A stretch of DNA of 64,000 nt from Gammaproteobacteria bacterium (GCA_013003115.1 JABDLF010000073.1:9025-73024); one strand, 5' to 3'; counted from the stretch's first letter, positions 34,383-43,856 are shown. Program-made: numbers and translations. Notes: a model not told the origin generated them from the letters alone.

Positions 34383-36200
34383 TCAGGGGCTCGTGTAGCT
34401 CAGGGAGAGCATGAGGCCACGGCCTGGCGAATTGAATCCTGCGGCCGTCTCGTAGCGGCTGTTGAGCAGGTTCTCGAGGCGCATTCTCAGTGCCATCCGG
34501 CGGCTGAGATCGACACGCGCGGTCACGTTAGCGAGCACGTAGCCGGCATTAACAATATCGGAGAAGGGCGAATCTCTGCGAGATTCCGACGCCAGTACGT
34601 CAAGACCAAGCTCCCCCCAGGACAGGGTGCGCGAAAAAGAGGTGCTGAGACTCCTTTTCGATCTGCGGGCGAGGGTGGTGCCGTCGGTCAGGTTTTCCGG
34701 GTTTTGCACAATCGCGCCAGCACGCCAGCGCCAGTCCTGTGCAACCAGCTCGTAGCTGACTTCGATGCCACTAATGCGGGCCCGTCCGACGTTAATATTC
34801 CCGCCTTCGAAGGTCACAGGGTCGAAAACGAACTCGATCAGGTCGTCGATTTTGTTTTGAAAAACACTGGTGGCAAGTCGCGCTCTGCCCAACTCGAAGT
34901 GCAGGCCTATCTCTGTGTTGCGAGCGCGCTCCGGGCGCAAGTCGGGGTTGCCACCGAAGCCGAACCGGTCTGTGCCGTCGGGTGCGCGGTAGGCGGTGCC
35001 AATGCCGAGGCTCAGGCTCAGGCGGTCGTCGATCTGCAGAGTGGGCTCAACGTTCCAGGTAAATGCCGAACCGAAACCGTCGTGATGACTGTGCCTGGCC
35101 GAAACGAGCAGCCGATGTTCAGCGAACTCGACAAAGTCGCTGAGATAGACGTCGCGGGTGCGTGTCTTGTCGGCGAAAAACGAACCAAATGACAGCGACT
35201 GGGTTCTTTCTTCGCCGACCGAAACGCCAGCGAGCAAGGTGTGCCCGGACCCCGGAGATACGGTGTTTTGCCAGTTGGCAACGATTCGATCAGTGCTGAC
35301 GTAGTCGTCACTGTCCAGCTGAACAATCTCGTCGCGTGTCTGGCTGAGAATAAGTTCCGATAGCCAGTTGTCGCGAAAACTGAGCCCGACTTCGGCGGCT
35401 GCAACGCTGTTCACAAAGTCCTGCTGAACGGGTGCAAGGAAGAAGTCGAGATATTCTGTTTCTCCGCGCGCCTCCCAGTAGCGTGCAGCCAGCGTTGTGC
35501 CACCGAAGGCGGTGTCGGCCTTGAAACTGAGCGTCGTGTTGCGGTGAGCGCGATCTGTCTCGGAATCACTGCGGGTTGGGAAACCATCAGTGTCGACGTT
35601 TGCGAGTCCGAAAACGATGCCGCCGCGCGACCCGCGCAGGCGGGATTCCACGGAGGCGCTGCGCGTATCGTATTTGCCGTGGCCGGCGCTTGCCGACCAG
35701 GCGAGCCCGTCTTCCGCGTTTCGGGTGATGATGTTGAGAACGCCGCCGATGGCCTCAGACCCCCACAGCGCTGATCGCGGCCCCTTTACAATTTCGATGC
35801 GTTCTATGACCTCGGGTCGAATATTCTGGATGGCAGCGCCACCCAGGGTTCCGGGATTGATCTCTACGCCATCCACGAGTACGAGGGTGTGATTGCTCTC
35901 TGTTCCGCGCAGAAAAAGGCCGGCATTTTGTCCGGGTCCACCGTTGCGGCCCAGTTCTATGCCTGCGTAAAAGCGCAACAATTCTGCGAGGTCGCCGGCC
36001 TGGCTGCGTTCAATCTCTGCCCGGCTTATTACGAGCACCGGCGCCGTCGCTTTCGTGAGATTCTGGGGAACGCGCGCAGCCGTCGAAATTACCGTGCTGA
36101 GTTCAGCCGGCACCTCAACATCGCGTGCCTCGCTGATACCGGAAGCAAGCAGCAATGTGGCTGCCGCAAACCAAGTCGTACGTAAATGAAAGCTTTGCAC
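34383..36200 (-). CDS. btuB: TonB-dependent outer-membrane receptor, cobalamin (BtuB-like)
   Basis: Signal peptide, plug domain (VLVISRAEIERSQAGDLAELLRFYAGIELGRNGGPGQNAGLFLRGTESNHTLVLVDGVEINP), then a beta-barrel. It sits directly behind a cobalamin riboswitch. Start trimmed from 36428 to GTG 36200 (AGGTAAAACG upstream). Confidence 0.87.
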   Translation of the reverse strand: MQSFHLRTTWFAAATLLLASGISEARDVEVPAELSTVISTAARVPQNLTKATAPVLVISRAEIERSQAGDLAELLRFYAGIELGRNGGPGQNAGLFLRGTESNHTLVLVDGVEINPGTLGGAAIQNIRPEVIERIEIVKGPRSALWGSEAIGGVLNIITRNAEDGLAWSASAGHGKYDTRSASVESRLRGSRGGIVFGLANVDTDGFPTRSDSETDRAHRNTTLSFKADTAFGGTTLAARYWEARGETEYLDFFLAPVQQDFVNSVAAAEVGLSFRDNWLSELILSQTRDEIVQLDSDDYVSTDRIVANWQNTVSPGSGHTLLAGVSVGEERTQSLSFGSFFADKTRTRDVYLSDFVEFAEHRLLVSARHSHHDGFGSAFTWNVEPTLQIDDRLSLSLGIGTAYRAPDGTDRFGFGGNPDLRPERARNTEIGLHFELGRARLATSVFQNKIDDLIEFVFDPVTFEGGNINVGRARISGIEVSYELVAQDWRWRAGAIVQNPENLTDGTTLARRSKRSLSTSFSRTLSWGELGLDVLASESRRDSPFSDIVNAGYVLANVTARVDLSRRMALRMRLENLLNSRYETAAGFNSPGRGLMLSLSYTSP

Positions 36201-36324
36201 CGTTTTACCTCGCCTGGTCGGACCCGGGAGCCTCTTCACCGGGTGATTCTTTCGACGGGCTGGTAAACAGACACAGACATGGCGCAGTGCTGCCCGACCT
36301 TCGCCCGCCGCAAAGTCGAAACAA

Positions 36325-36540
36325 TTGCTCGGGGCCGGTCTCCGGACTTGCGAGGGGCTGGCGCCCGTCAACATCACCTTCCCGCGTTTCCGCAGTGGTT
36401 GCAGGCCAGCCTGGCCTGCCAATGTCAACTTGCTCGCTTACCGTTGCGGGGGCAGTGTCGGAATTGTCCTCAAAAGGACGCACCGACTTCCCGTCGGACC
36501 GGTCAATGCCGGTCTCACCCTGAGCGGCGCCTACCATAGG
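36325..36540 (-). promoter_or_regulatory. cobalamin (B12) riboswitch in the btuB leader
   Basis: Minus strand carries GGGAAGUCGGUGCG (36481-36492), CACUGCCCCCGCAACGGUAAG (36437-36457), CCACUGCGGAAACGCGGGAAGG, and the B12 box AAGUCCGGAGACCGGCC (36333-36349). Boundaries are approximate. Confidence 0.88.
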
Positions 36541-36652
36541 TCTTGGTCTGATGCGCTGTCAACATAATCCGGCCGCGTGTTGGTGCTGGTTGCCCGGACA
36601 GCCAAAGCAAGGCGGGTTAGAATGCCGGTTCTTTGACGGGAGGCCGCCCCAG

Positions 36653-37438
36653 GTGGACTACAGTACGCATCTGAATGTAGCGCGGCGCGCGGCGGAACAG
36701 GCAGCAGCGCGAATTCGCTATCGCTTCGAAGGCCATCTTGAGGGCCAAGACAGCGCAGCGATAGGCCTTGAGATCAAGGATGACAGAACGCCCGTGACAA
36801 TTGCGGACAAGGAAGCTGAGGAGCTGATTCGGGCGGCGATTCTGGACGCGTTTCCCGAGCATGATTTTTACGGCGAAGAAACCGGTCGCAGCGGCAGCGA
36901 AAGCGAGTTTCTCTGGCTGGTCGACCCGCTGGATGGCACCCGCAGTTTTGTACGGCGTTATCCTTTCTTCTCAACCCAGATAGCTCTTATGCACAACGGC
37001 AAGATCGTTGTCGGCGTATCTTCCGCCCCCATTTTTGAGGAAACCGCCTGGGCAGTGCTCGGTGGCGGAGCCTGGCTCAATGGGAAAGAGCTGGCAGTCA
37101 GCAAAGTCGACACGCTGGAAGAGGCCACAATTTCGACCGGCAACCTGGCGACGCTGGCCGGCAGCGATGCCTGGCAGGGGTTGGGTGAAATCGTTCGACG
37201 GGTGCAGCGAAATCGCGGCTACGGCGATTTCTATCACTATCATCTGCTGGCCGCCGGCAAAATCGATGTTGTCATTGAGTCAGACGTGAATATTCTCGAC
37301 ATTGCCGCGCTCTCGCTGGTAACAACCGAGGCGGGTGGCCGCTTCACTGACCTGGCGGGCCAGCACATAGGCATAGAGACGCGCTCGGTGCTGGCTGCAA
37401 CCCCCTCACTTTGGGGTGTCGTCAGGGAGATGCTGTGA
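36653..37438 (+). CDS. inositol monophosphatase-family phosphatase (SuhB/HisN-like)
   Basis: FYGEETG, WLVDPLDGTRSF, and the later ESDVNILDIAA (WDxAA-like). GTG start 36653 sits 9 nt after GGGAGG. The track ORF from 36551 would run into the riboswitch region. Confidence 0.82.
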   Translation: MDYSTHLNVARRAAEQAAARIRYRFEGHLEGQDSAAIGLEIKDDRTPVTIADKEAEELIRAAILDAFPEHDFYGEETGRSGSESEFLWLVDPLDGTRSFVRRYPFFSTQIALMHNGKIVVGVSSAPIFEETAWAVLGGGAWLNGKELAVSKVDTLEEATISTGNLATLAGSDAWQGLGEIVRRVQRNRGYGDFYHYHLLAAGKIDVVIESDVNILDIAALSLVTTEAGGRFTDLAGQHIGIETRSVLAATPSLWGVVREML

Positions 37439-38223
37439 GGCTGCCTGTATTCAGGGTTAGCGCGTTTACACGCGACGTCTTCGCGGGAAACCCGGCAGCG
37501 GTATGCCCGCTGGACGAATGGCTCACCGACGAGACCCTGCAGGCGATCGCAAGCGAAAACAACCTGTCGGAAACGGCGTTTATCGTGCGCTGTAATGAGG
37601 GCTGGCGCCTGCGCTGGTTTACTCCCGTCATGGAGGTAGACCTGTGCGGCCACGCGACGCTCGCAGCAGCCTGGGTGGTTACCCGCAGACTGGATCGCGA
37701 TGCGAGACAGGTAACATTCCTGACGCGCAGCGGGCCGCTCATCGTGCGAGTGGACGGCGACCTTTTGCGCATGGATTTTCCGTCGCAGCCGGCGACTGCT
37801 CTCGAGCACCCACCTGCGGCGCTGCTTCAGGGGCTGGGTGGGACCCCGCGTTTTGTCGGCAAAGCCCAATATTATTTCGCTGTTCTCGACAGCGCTTCGG
37901 ATGTGCGCAACCTGCAGCCTGACCTGAGCGAGCTGGCCAAGCTGGATACGATCGGCGTTATCGTTACGGCGCCCGGATGGGATGTGGATTTTGTCTCGCG
38001 CTTCTTTGCGCCCAGCCAGGGAATTGCAGAGGATCCGGTTACGGGATCCGCGCACTGCACCCTGATACCTTACTGGTCGGAAAGGCTCAAAAAACAGTCG
38101 CTGGTTGCGCGGCAGATCTCGCCTCGCTCCGGAGATCTGCTTTGCCAGAATCGCGGCGACCGGGTGGAAATTGCCGGTCACGCAGTACCCTACATGGAGG
38201 GGGAGATATTCCTGCCTTCCTGA
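37435..38223 (+). CDS. PhzF-family isomerase
   Basis: FRVSAFTRDVFAGNPAAVCPL...NLSETAFIV...LRWFTPVMEVDLCGHATLAAA...DPVTGSAHC. The GTG start overlaps the upstream stop (GTGA). Confidence 0.86.
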   Translation: MRLPVFRVSAFTRDVFAGNPAAVCPLDEWLTDETLQAIASENNLSETAFIVRCNEGWRLRWFTPVMEVDLCGHATLAAAWVVTRRLDRDARQVTFLTRSGPLIVRVDGDLLRMDFPSQPATALEHPPAALLQGLGGTPRFVGKAQYYFAVLDSASDVRNLQPDLSELAKLDTIGVIVTAPGWDVDFVSRFFAPSQGIAEDPVTGSAHCTLIPYWSERLKKQSLVARQISPRSGDLLCQNRGDRVEIAGHAVPYMEGEIFLPS

Positions 38224-38660
38224 AGCGACGCTATGGATATTGACATGCCCGGCCGGTTTCCCGGACGTCGCTCAAAACCAAACCGACTGTAAAAGCCTTC
38301 GGTTCCGTCAGCGGCCATCAGCCCGACGAATGCGTTGCTGCCGGCGTTTTTCGCAAGCCATTCGAGCAAGGCCTGCAGCATTCTTGTGCCGATGTTTTTG
38401 CCACGATAGTCCTCATCCACGATTAAGTCCTGAACGTAGAAGTACAGGCCGCCGTCGCCGACTATGCGGGCGCAGCCCACAATTCTGTTCTGGTGAACAG
38501 CGAGCAAACTGAAAAGCGAGTTTGCCATCGCCGTTTCGACTTCGGCGGTGCTCACAGGCCGCCAGTGGTTCTGAGCTCGCAGGTGTAAGTACTGATCTGC
38601 GGTCGGCAGATTCTCGATCAAGGTAACCTCATCGCCTGCAGCCGCATTGTGTTTGCGCAT
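38190..38660 (-). CDS. GNAT-family N-acetyltransferase
   Basis: IVGCARIVGDGGLYFYVQDLIVDEDYRGKNIGTRMLQALLEWL...FYSRFGF (acetyl-CoA-binding R/Q-x-x-G-x-G/A motif). Start trimmed to the ATG at 38660, 7 nt after the ATPase stop. Confidence 0.78.
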   Translation of the reverse strand: MRKHNAAAGDEVTLIENLPTADQYLHLRAQNHWRPVSTAEVETAMANSLFSLLAVHQNRIVGCARIVGDGGLYFYVQDLIVDEDYRGKNIGTRMLQALLEWLAKNAGSNAFVGLMAADGTEGFYSRFGFERRPGNRPGMSISIASLQEGRNISPSM

Positions 38661-38667
38661 GATCGTC

Positions 38668-39450
38668 TCAGGCCGCGTAAAAAAACGGGGTGCCGTTCGC
38701 GCGGATTTCGGCAAACTCCGTGGCGTACAGCTGCAAGAGGTTGGCGGGGTTGATCATCTGCTCGGTTTTGCCCGACTGCCAGCTACCGTCTTCATTCACC
38801 AGCAGAGCATAATCGCAGTGAGCACGAGCAAGATTTACATCATGCAGGCTCACTACTACCGTGCGACCTGCATCTGCAAGCTTGCGCAGCAGTCTCATGA
38901 CAAGAACCTGGTAGCGTGGGTCGAGATTGCTGACCGGTTCATCGAGCAGAATCACATCCGTTTGCTGCGCAAGCACCGTGGCAATTGCGAGGCGGCGCTG
39001 TTCTCCTCCGGACAGCCTGGCAACATCTCGTTCCTCCAGACCCTCGAGGCCAACGCTCGATAGTGCGCCGCGTGCTATCGCGATGTCCCTCTCGCTTTCC
39101 CAGCCAAGCAGGTCGATGTGCGGGTGGCGACCTGTAAGCACTGCCGTGAGCACGGTTGACGGGAATGCGAGTTCAAAGCCCTGCATGAGCAAGCCAAGCT
39201 TCCTCGCGAGTCGGCGCCGTGACCAATCTGCCAGCGGCGTGCCGGCAAAAGTTATTGTCCCGCTGCCCGCGGGATGGATGCCCGCAAGCGTATGCAGCAT
39301 GGTTGTCTTGCCGACGCCGTTCTGGCCAAGCACCGCGGTGATCGCGCCGGAGGCGAAGTCCTGCTGCAACCCACGCAACAGGGTCCGGCCGGCGATCGCG
39401 ACGTTCAGGTTTTGGCAGCTGAGAATATTGCTCTTGGCGGCACTGCTCAT
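38668..39450 (-). CDS. ABC-transporter ATP-binding protein, FepC/BtuD (iron-complex/cobalamin) type
   Basis: Walker A GQNGVGKTT, Q-loop LLMQ, signature LSGGEQRR, Walker B ILLDEP, H-loop SLHD. No cognate permease gene is present anywhere in the window. Confidence 0.87.
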   Translation of the reverse strand: MSSAAKSNILSCQNLNVAIAGRTLLRGLQQDFASGAITAVLGQNGVGKTTMLHTLAGIHPAGSGTITFAGTPLADWSRRRLARKLGLLMQGFELAFPSTVLTAVLTGRHPHIDLLGWESERDIAIARGALSSVGLEGLEERDVARLSGGEQRRLAIATVLAQQTDVILLDEPVSNLDPRYQVLVMRLLRKLADAGRTVVVSLHDVNLARAHCDYALLVNEDGSWQSGKTEQMINPANLLQLYATEFAEIRANGTPFFYAA

Positions 39451-39478
39451 GATGCGAGTCTAGCAAAGGCTGCTGGCG

Positions 39479-40264
39479 CTATGGTTGCCAGGCAATTTCA
39501 CTGGCAGTTTTTTCGCCAACCAGCGTGGCGCGCAGGTTGGCGGGCATTTCCGCGCTTGATTCGGAAATGGCGATCCTGCCGCCCATGATTTCGGCGGCAC
39601 GCTGCGGGTACAGGGGTTTACGCCCGGGCTCGGCATAGCCGTGGGGATAAATGGGCAGGTTTGATTGTTCATCGTACTTGTCGCTGGCACCCAGCGTATG
39701 CATGAGTTCGTGGGCGATCACGATGTTGTTTAAGGACTGCTGTTGGCGGCTGGCGAAGAGATGGCTGACGCCTGCGAGGAGTTCACGCAGCCCCAGCGAG
39801 TGAGGAAGCTCGGGCTGCGTGGCCGGATCGTGGTAAACCAGGAACAGGCGAATTCGCGTGTCAGGGCCCGGGTCATCCCGGGTCACCCGCCATGCCCAGT
39901 AGCGCAGCCGGAGGCTCCACCACGCGGTGGCAACGAAGCCAGCGTCGACCGGTGGTTCAGGCGGCAGCTCATGAATCTCGTTACGCAACTTCAAATCTAT
40001 GGGCAGCGGGTTTTCGATGCCGTACCGGCCGGCCTGTGCGGCAAAGTAGGTCTCGATTTCTTTGAACGCTTTCTCATCGAGATTTTGGACGTAGCGAGCT
40101 GCAACGGGAGAGTGGCCGGTGGCTATGGGATACAGCGCCACACGCTCGCTTGCACTCCAGTCGTGAGTGCGCAGCCTCTGCAGTCCCACGTCCAGGGCGA
40201 CGGCGGCCAGCAGCAGCAGAAGAATGCCGATACGCAGCTGCCGAAAGAAACTGCCTTTTGCCAT
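39479..40264 (-). CDS. membrane-anchored hypothetical protein with an HExxHxxGxxD zinc-protease-like motif
   Basis: N-terminal helix LRIGILLLLLAAVALDVGL. HELMHTLGASD sits near the C-terminal third. No family recognised. It lies 28 nt upstream of the ATPase on the same strand. Confidence 0.5.
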   Translation of the reverse strand: MAKGSFFRQLRIGILLLLLAAVALDVGLQRLRTHDWSASERVALYPIATGHSPVAARYVQNLDEKAFKEIETYFAAQAGRYGIENPLPIDLKLRNEIHELPPEPPVDAGFVATAWWSLRLRYWAWRVTRDDPGPDTRIRLFLVYHDPATQPELPHSLGLRELLAGVSHLFASRQQQSLNNIVIAHELMHTLGASDKYDEQSNLPIYPHGYAEPGRKPLYPQRAAEIMGGRIAISESSAEMPANLRATLVGEKTASEIAWQP

Positions 40265-40299
40265 TTTCGCTGTCCGATGAAAAGGATCTGAGCGCGATC

Positions 40300-41838
40300 T
40301 CAGGCGCTGGTAATTACGGTGCCGCCGGTGCGCCGCGGGTCGGCTGCGGCCTCAAGCGTGCCATCGCGATGCAGGAGAGTAGCGCCGACGCCGCCAAAGT
40401 ACATTGAAAGCGCATCGAAACCGCGGACTGGAAGCGCTATCCCCTCTACGCTCAGCCCCGGCTCATGCGCGACGCGCCAGCCGTTGTCACCGTACTCGAC
40501 GTGCAGGCGGGGCGCCTCGATAGCGGCGGGCAGAGAAACGCCGTGATGCACGAAGTTCAGCAGCGTCACCAGTATTGCGCTCGTGATGCGATCCGCGCCG
40601 GGCGATCCGATGGCGAGAGAGCGTCCGTTGTCGCTGCGCGCGACACAGGGCGCCATGTTTGACGGCAGGCGCCTGCCTGGCGGATCTGCCGCGAGCCCGC
40701 TGGCATTGAGTTCAAGTTCCCCGAGGCAGTTGTTGAGCCAAATGCCCGTGCCCGGCGGCATCACGCCGGAGCCATAGCCTGCCGACATTGTGATTGCACA
40801 CGCGAGACCGGTACTGTCGACAGCAGAGACATGGACAGTCGACGGCGCAGTCATGCCATCGAGACGCCCGCTTCCCGCGAGACTAAGCAACTCCTCTATT
40901 TCAGGACCGGGGTTGTCCACGTTGGTAAGATGATCTCGACGAAAACCGAGAACCGCCAGCTGTACCGCCGCGAGCCTGGCCACCTCTGCCGCGTTCCAGT
41001 CGTCTGCCATATCGGCATCCATCAGTGCGAGCATGGCGGCGAGCGTCGCGCCGCCGATGGCCGGTGCCGGATTCGTTGCAAGTTCCCACTGCTGGATGCG
41101 CGTTCGCAGACAGGGCCTCGGCAGCGCTTCATATTCCGCAAGGTCGGCAATGGTTAGCGCGCCACCGTTCTCCTCGATGTCCGCCACCATCAGTTTTGCG
41201 ATATCACCGCGGTAAAAGCAGGAGACCCCCTGTGCTGCGATCTGCTCCAGAGAATCCGCAAGGCCCTCTACGTGCACCAGCCGGGGCGGCCTGATCACCT
41301 TTCCATTTTCGTCGTGCAGCGCGGCGTAGCTCTGTTGATTCCAGCCGAAAACGAGCTCATGCGAGTACTTCAGATAGTTGTATGAGGCCTGCGAAAGCGG
41401 AAAGCCCTGCCGTGCCCAGTTGATCGCCGGCTCCAGCAGCGGCGACCATGGCAGTGCGCCGTAGCGCTTCGAGGCGAGGTCGCAACCCGCGAGCGCGCCG
41501 GGCGTTGCAACCGAGCCGTGACCCACAATGGTCCTGATACCGCCGCCGTATTCCATAAATACGTCTCGACCGGAGTGCAGCTGCATCTCCCTGAGCTGCT
41601 CTTTCTCAAGACCAATGCCCGGCACGGCAACGTTGGCATCGATGGTTACGGGATCGCCCGAAACCGGCCAGATAGTGAGGTAGGCGCCCGCGCCGAGCGC
41701 ACACACCCCGGGCTCGCTTATTGCGCTGACCATCGCCGCTGCGATTGCTGCATCCACAGCGTTGCCGCCGGCCCGGGCGATTTCAGCGCCGGCGTCGGCC
41801 GAAATCTGCGAGCTTGATGCCAGCGCGACTCTGGTCAC
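40300..41838 (-). CDS. gamma-glutamyltranspeptidase-family protein (no obvious signal peptide)
   Basis: GGNAVDAAIAAA near the N-terminus. The autoprocessing/nucleophile region reads APSTVHVSAVDSTGLACAITMSAGYGSGVMPPGTGIWLNN. Also GSPGADRI. Confidence 0.85.
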   Translation of the reverse strand: MTRVALASSSQISADAGAEIARAGGNAVDAAIAAAMVSAISEPGVCALGAGAYLTIWPVSGDPVTIDANVAVPGIGLEKEQLREMQLHSGRDVFMEYGGGIRTIVGHGSVATPGALAGCDLASKRYGALPWSPLLEPAINWARQGFPLSQASYNYLKYSHELVFGWNQQSYAALHDENGKVIRPPRLVHVEGLADSLEQIAAQGVSCFYRGDIAKLMVADIEENGGALTIADLAEYEALPRPCLRTRIQQWELATNPAPAIGGATLAAMLALMDADMADDWNAAEVARLAAVQLAVLGFRRDHLTNVDNPGPEIEELLSLAGSGRLDGMTAPSTVHVSAVDSTGLACAITMSAGYGSGVMPPGTGIWLNNCLGELELNASGLAADPPGRRLPSNMAPCVARSDNGRSLAIGSPGADRITSAILVTLLNFVHHGVSLPAAIEAPRLHVEYGDNGWRVAHEPGLSVEGIALPVRGFDALSMYFGGVGATLLHRDGTLEAAADPRRTGGTVITSA

Positions 41839-41892
41839 AACTTGAGAATTCCCTTGGTCTTCATAGCGGCAAGGCTGGCGGTCGGCGGGAGA

Positions 41893-43077
41893 TCAGTCAA
41901 CCGGCTCAAGCGCAATTTCGTCCGTCCCGGCGCGTTCCTGGCGCTCGGGCAGTGATGCGCGGAGGCGACGCACTACCTTGGCTGCCGTGGCGCGCCAGGT
42001 TGTTAGTTTGCCGCCATAGATGCTCGCCAGCCTCGGTTTATTCTTGCGGTCCACGTCAATAATGACCTCGCGGGATCGGTGGAACGCGTGGCCCTCGCCG
42101 GCGGGAAGCACGCGCAGGCCTGCAAATGCCTGCGCCCGGCCATCGGCAACCGCTTCCCGGTAGCGGGGGAAATGGTGGGTAAGGATGGCTGTGAGATAGT
42201 TTTTTTCCGCGCGCAGAGCATGGGTCTTGTCAGGATGTCCGCGGTAACGCGTTTCGGTGGTGCCCACCAGCGTCGCGCCTTTCCAGGGCATAACGAAGAT
42301 GGCGCGACCGTCGCGGCGACTTTCCGTGTAGTAGCAGCCTCTCTCGATTTCACCGGGAACGACGAGATGCGCGCCCTGAACCAGCTCCACCTTGCGCGGC
42401 TTGCAGGCTGGCCGGACGCCCGCGAGCACGTGATTGACCCAGGGACCGCCGGCATTAACGATGACGCTGGCTGTGCAGCTGTGCTCTCGGCCGTCAGACT
42501 CGAAATTGATTTCGCAGCCATTTTCGCCAAGATTTGCTGAATGAAACCGCGCGTTCTCCTGGTACTGCGCGCCCAGTTTGACGGCAGACGCCATCACTGC
42601 GCGCGTCAGCGCCTGATCGTCGGTCTGTGCGTCATGGTAGAAGAAGACCTTTTGTAGCCGCTTGGTTCTGAGGCCGTCCAGACTGTCCCATTGTGTCTTC
42701 GGGAGACTGCCAAACTCGGTTCCGTGATCAAAACCGGCGAGCACCGCGTACAGACTCAATCCAGTTCGAATTTGCCATGGGCGACGGCGAGTTGTTTCGT
42801 AAATGGGGATAAAAAAACGACGCAGCTTGACGAGTTCCGGAGCCAGGCGCAGCATCAGCGAGCGCTCATAGAGGCTCTCTCGTACCAAAGACAGCTCCAT
42901 AGTCTCGAGATATCGCAGGCCGCCGTGGATCAACTTGCTGGAGCGACTCGATGTGCCGCTGCCGATCAGGCTCTTTTCAAGCACAAGCACGCTGTAACCA
43001 GCCGCCGCTGCGGCCTGCGCTACGCCTGTCCCATTGATGCCGCCGCCAATCACCAGCATGTCGTAGCGGTCGGTCAT
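41893..43077 (-). CDS. FAD-dependent glycerol-3-phosphate dehydrogenase/oxidase-like protein (short form)
   Basis: YDMLVIGGGINGTGVAQAAAAAGYSVLVLEK dinucleotide motif, GTSSRSSKLIHGGLRYLE. At about 394 aa it lacks the GlpD C-terminal domain. Its ATG overlaps the upstream stop (TAATG). Confidence 0.8.
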   Translation of the reverse strand: MTDRYDMLVIGGGINGTGVAQAAAAAGYSVLVLEKSLIGSGTSSRSSKLIHGGLRYLETMELSLVRESLYERSLMLRLAPELVKLRRFFIPIYETTRRRPWQIRTGLSLYAVLAGFDHGTEFGSLPKTQWDSLDGLRTKRLQKVFFYHDAQTDDQALTRAVMASAVKLGAQYQENARFHSANLGENGCEINFESDGREHSCTASVIVNAGGPWVNHVLAGVRPACKPRKVELVQGAHLVVPGEIERGCYYTESRRDGRAIFVMPWKGATLVGTTETRYRGHPDKTHALRAEKNYLTAILTHHFPRYREAVADGRAQAFAGLRVLPAGEGHAFHRSREVIIDVDRKNKPRLASIYGGKLTTWRATAAKVVRRLRASLPERQERAGTDEIALEPVD

Positions 43078-43856
43078 TAGCGCGGTGCCAGTTGCGGGTG
43101 CCTGATCAGTTCGCCGATGTCGAAAGTTTCAATGAGATCCGCGCCGAGGGCGGCAAGCTGAATTGCCAGTTCAGCCGTTCCTACTTCGTAAACGGCCCAG
43201 CGCCACGGTCCTTCCCAGAGCGGTTGCGGGTTTTTGCGGCTTGCCGCTGGAATGATTTCGTGATCGCAGAAAATGAACTCCGGATTGAGCAGCTCGGCTT
43301 CTTTGCGCACGATGTTGCTGAACTGCCGTATGGCCCAGCCAACGCGCGGTGCGCCAAGTTCGCGCGCCTGTGCGATGGCTTCCGCTACGAAACTGATGAC
43401 CACACACTGGTTTATACAGGGCTCCAGCGCCTCCAGAACGCGGGCCACCGTGTAGCGTGACCCAAAGCGATCAATGCTCTCTTTCTTGATTTCGGCGAAG
43501 ACGGTTACTTCGGGCCAGTTGGCGAGCTGGTTCATCAGGTCGCCGACAGTGGCAAGCCGGACGTGGCCGTAGCGCTCTCCGAAGCGCTGCGGTTCAGATG
43601 GCGTAAAAGCGCGAAGCTCTTCCATCGACAGGTCCATAACCGTGCCCGGCCGGCCGGTAGTGCGCTGCAATGTTGCGTCATGCATCAGCACGGGCACGCC
43701 ATCTGCGCTGACCTGGATATCAAACTCGATCCATCGCGCGCCGGTTTCAGCTGCGGCAGCGATCCCGGCTATCGTGTTTTCAGGGTAACGGGCCGCAAAA
43801 CCGCGGTGAGCGATCAGCTCCACCAGGGGCGATTTGTCGACAGGATTGTCCGCCAT
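43077..43856 (-). CDS. glycerophosphodiester phosphodiesterase
   Basis: LIAHRGFAARYPENTIAG...WIEFDIQVSADGVPVLMHD (GDPD catalytic motifs). Confidence 0.86.
   Translation of the reverse strand: MADNPVDKSPLVELIAHRGFAARYPENTIAGIAAAAETGARWIEFDIQVSADGVPVLMHDATLQRTTGRPGTVMDLSMEELRAFTPSEPQRFGERYGHVRLATVGDLMNQLANWPEVTVFAEIKKESIDRFGSRYTVARVLEALEPCINQCVVISFVAEAIAQARELGAPRVGWAIRQFSNIVRKEAELLNPEFIFCDHEIIPAASRKNPQPLWEGPWRWAVYEVGTAELAIQLAALGADLIETFDIGELIRHPQLAPR

Noticed and set aside
36201-36428. N-terminal 76-codon extension of the btuB ORF in the track
   Set aside because: The extension overlaps the riboswitch expression platform and encodes no signal peptide. GTG 36200, with an AGGT RBS, yields a normal signal peptide (FAAATLLLASGISEA).
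37240-38181. 313-aa ORF on the minus strand
   Set aside because: It is antisense to the PhzF-family gene, which has clear family motifs on the plus strand. The product is Arg-rich and motif-free.
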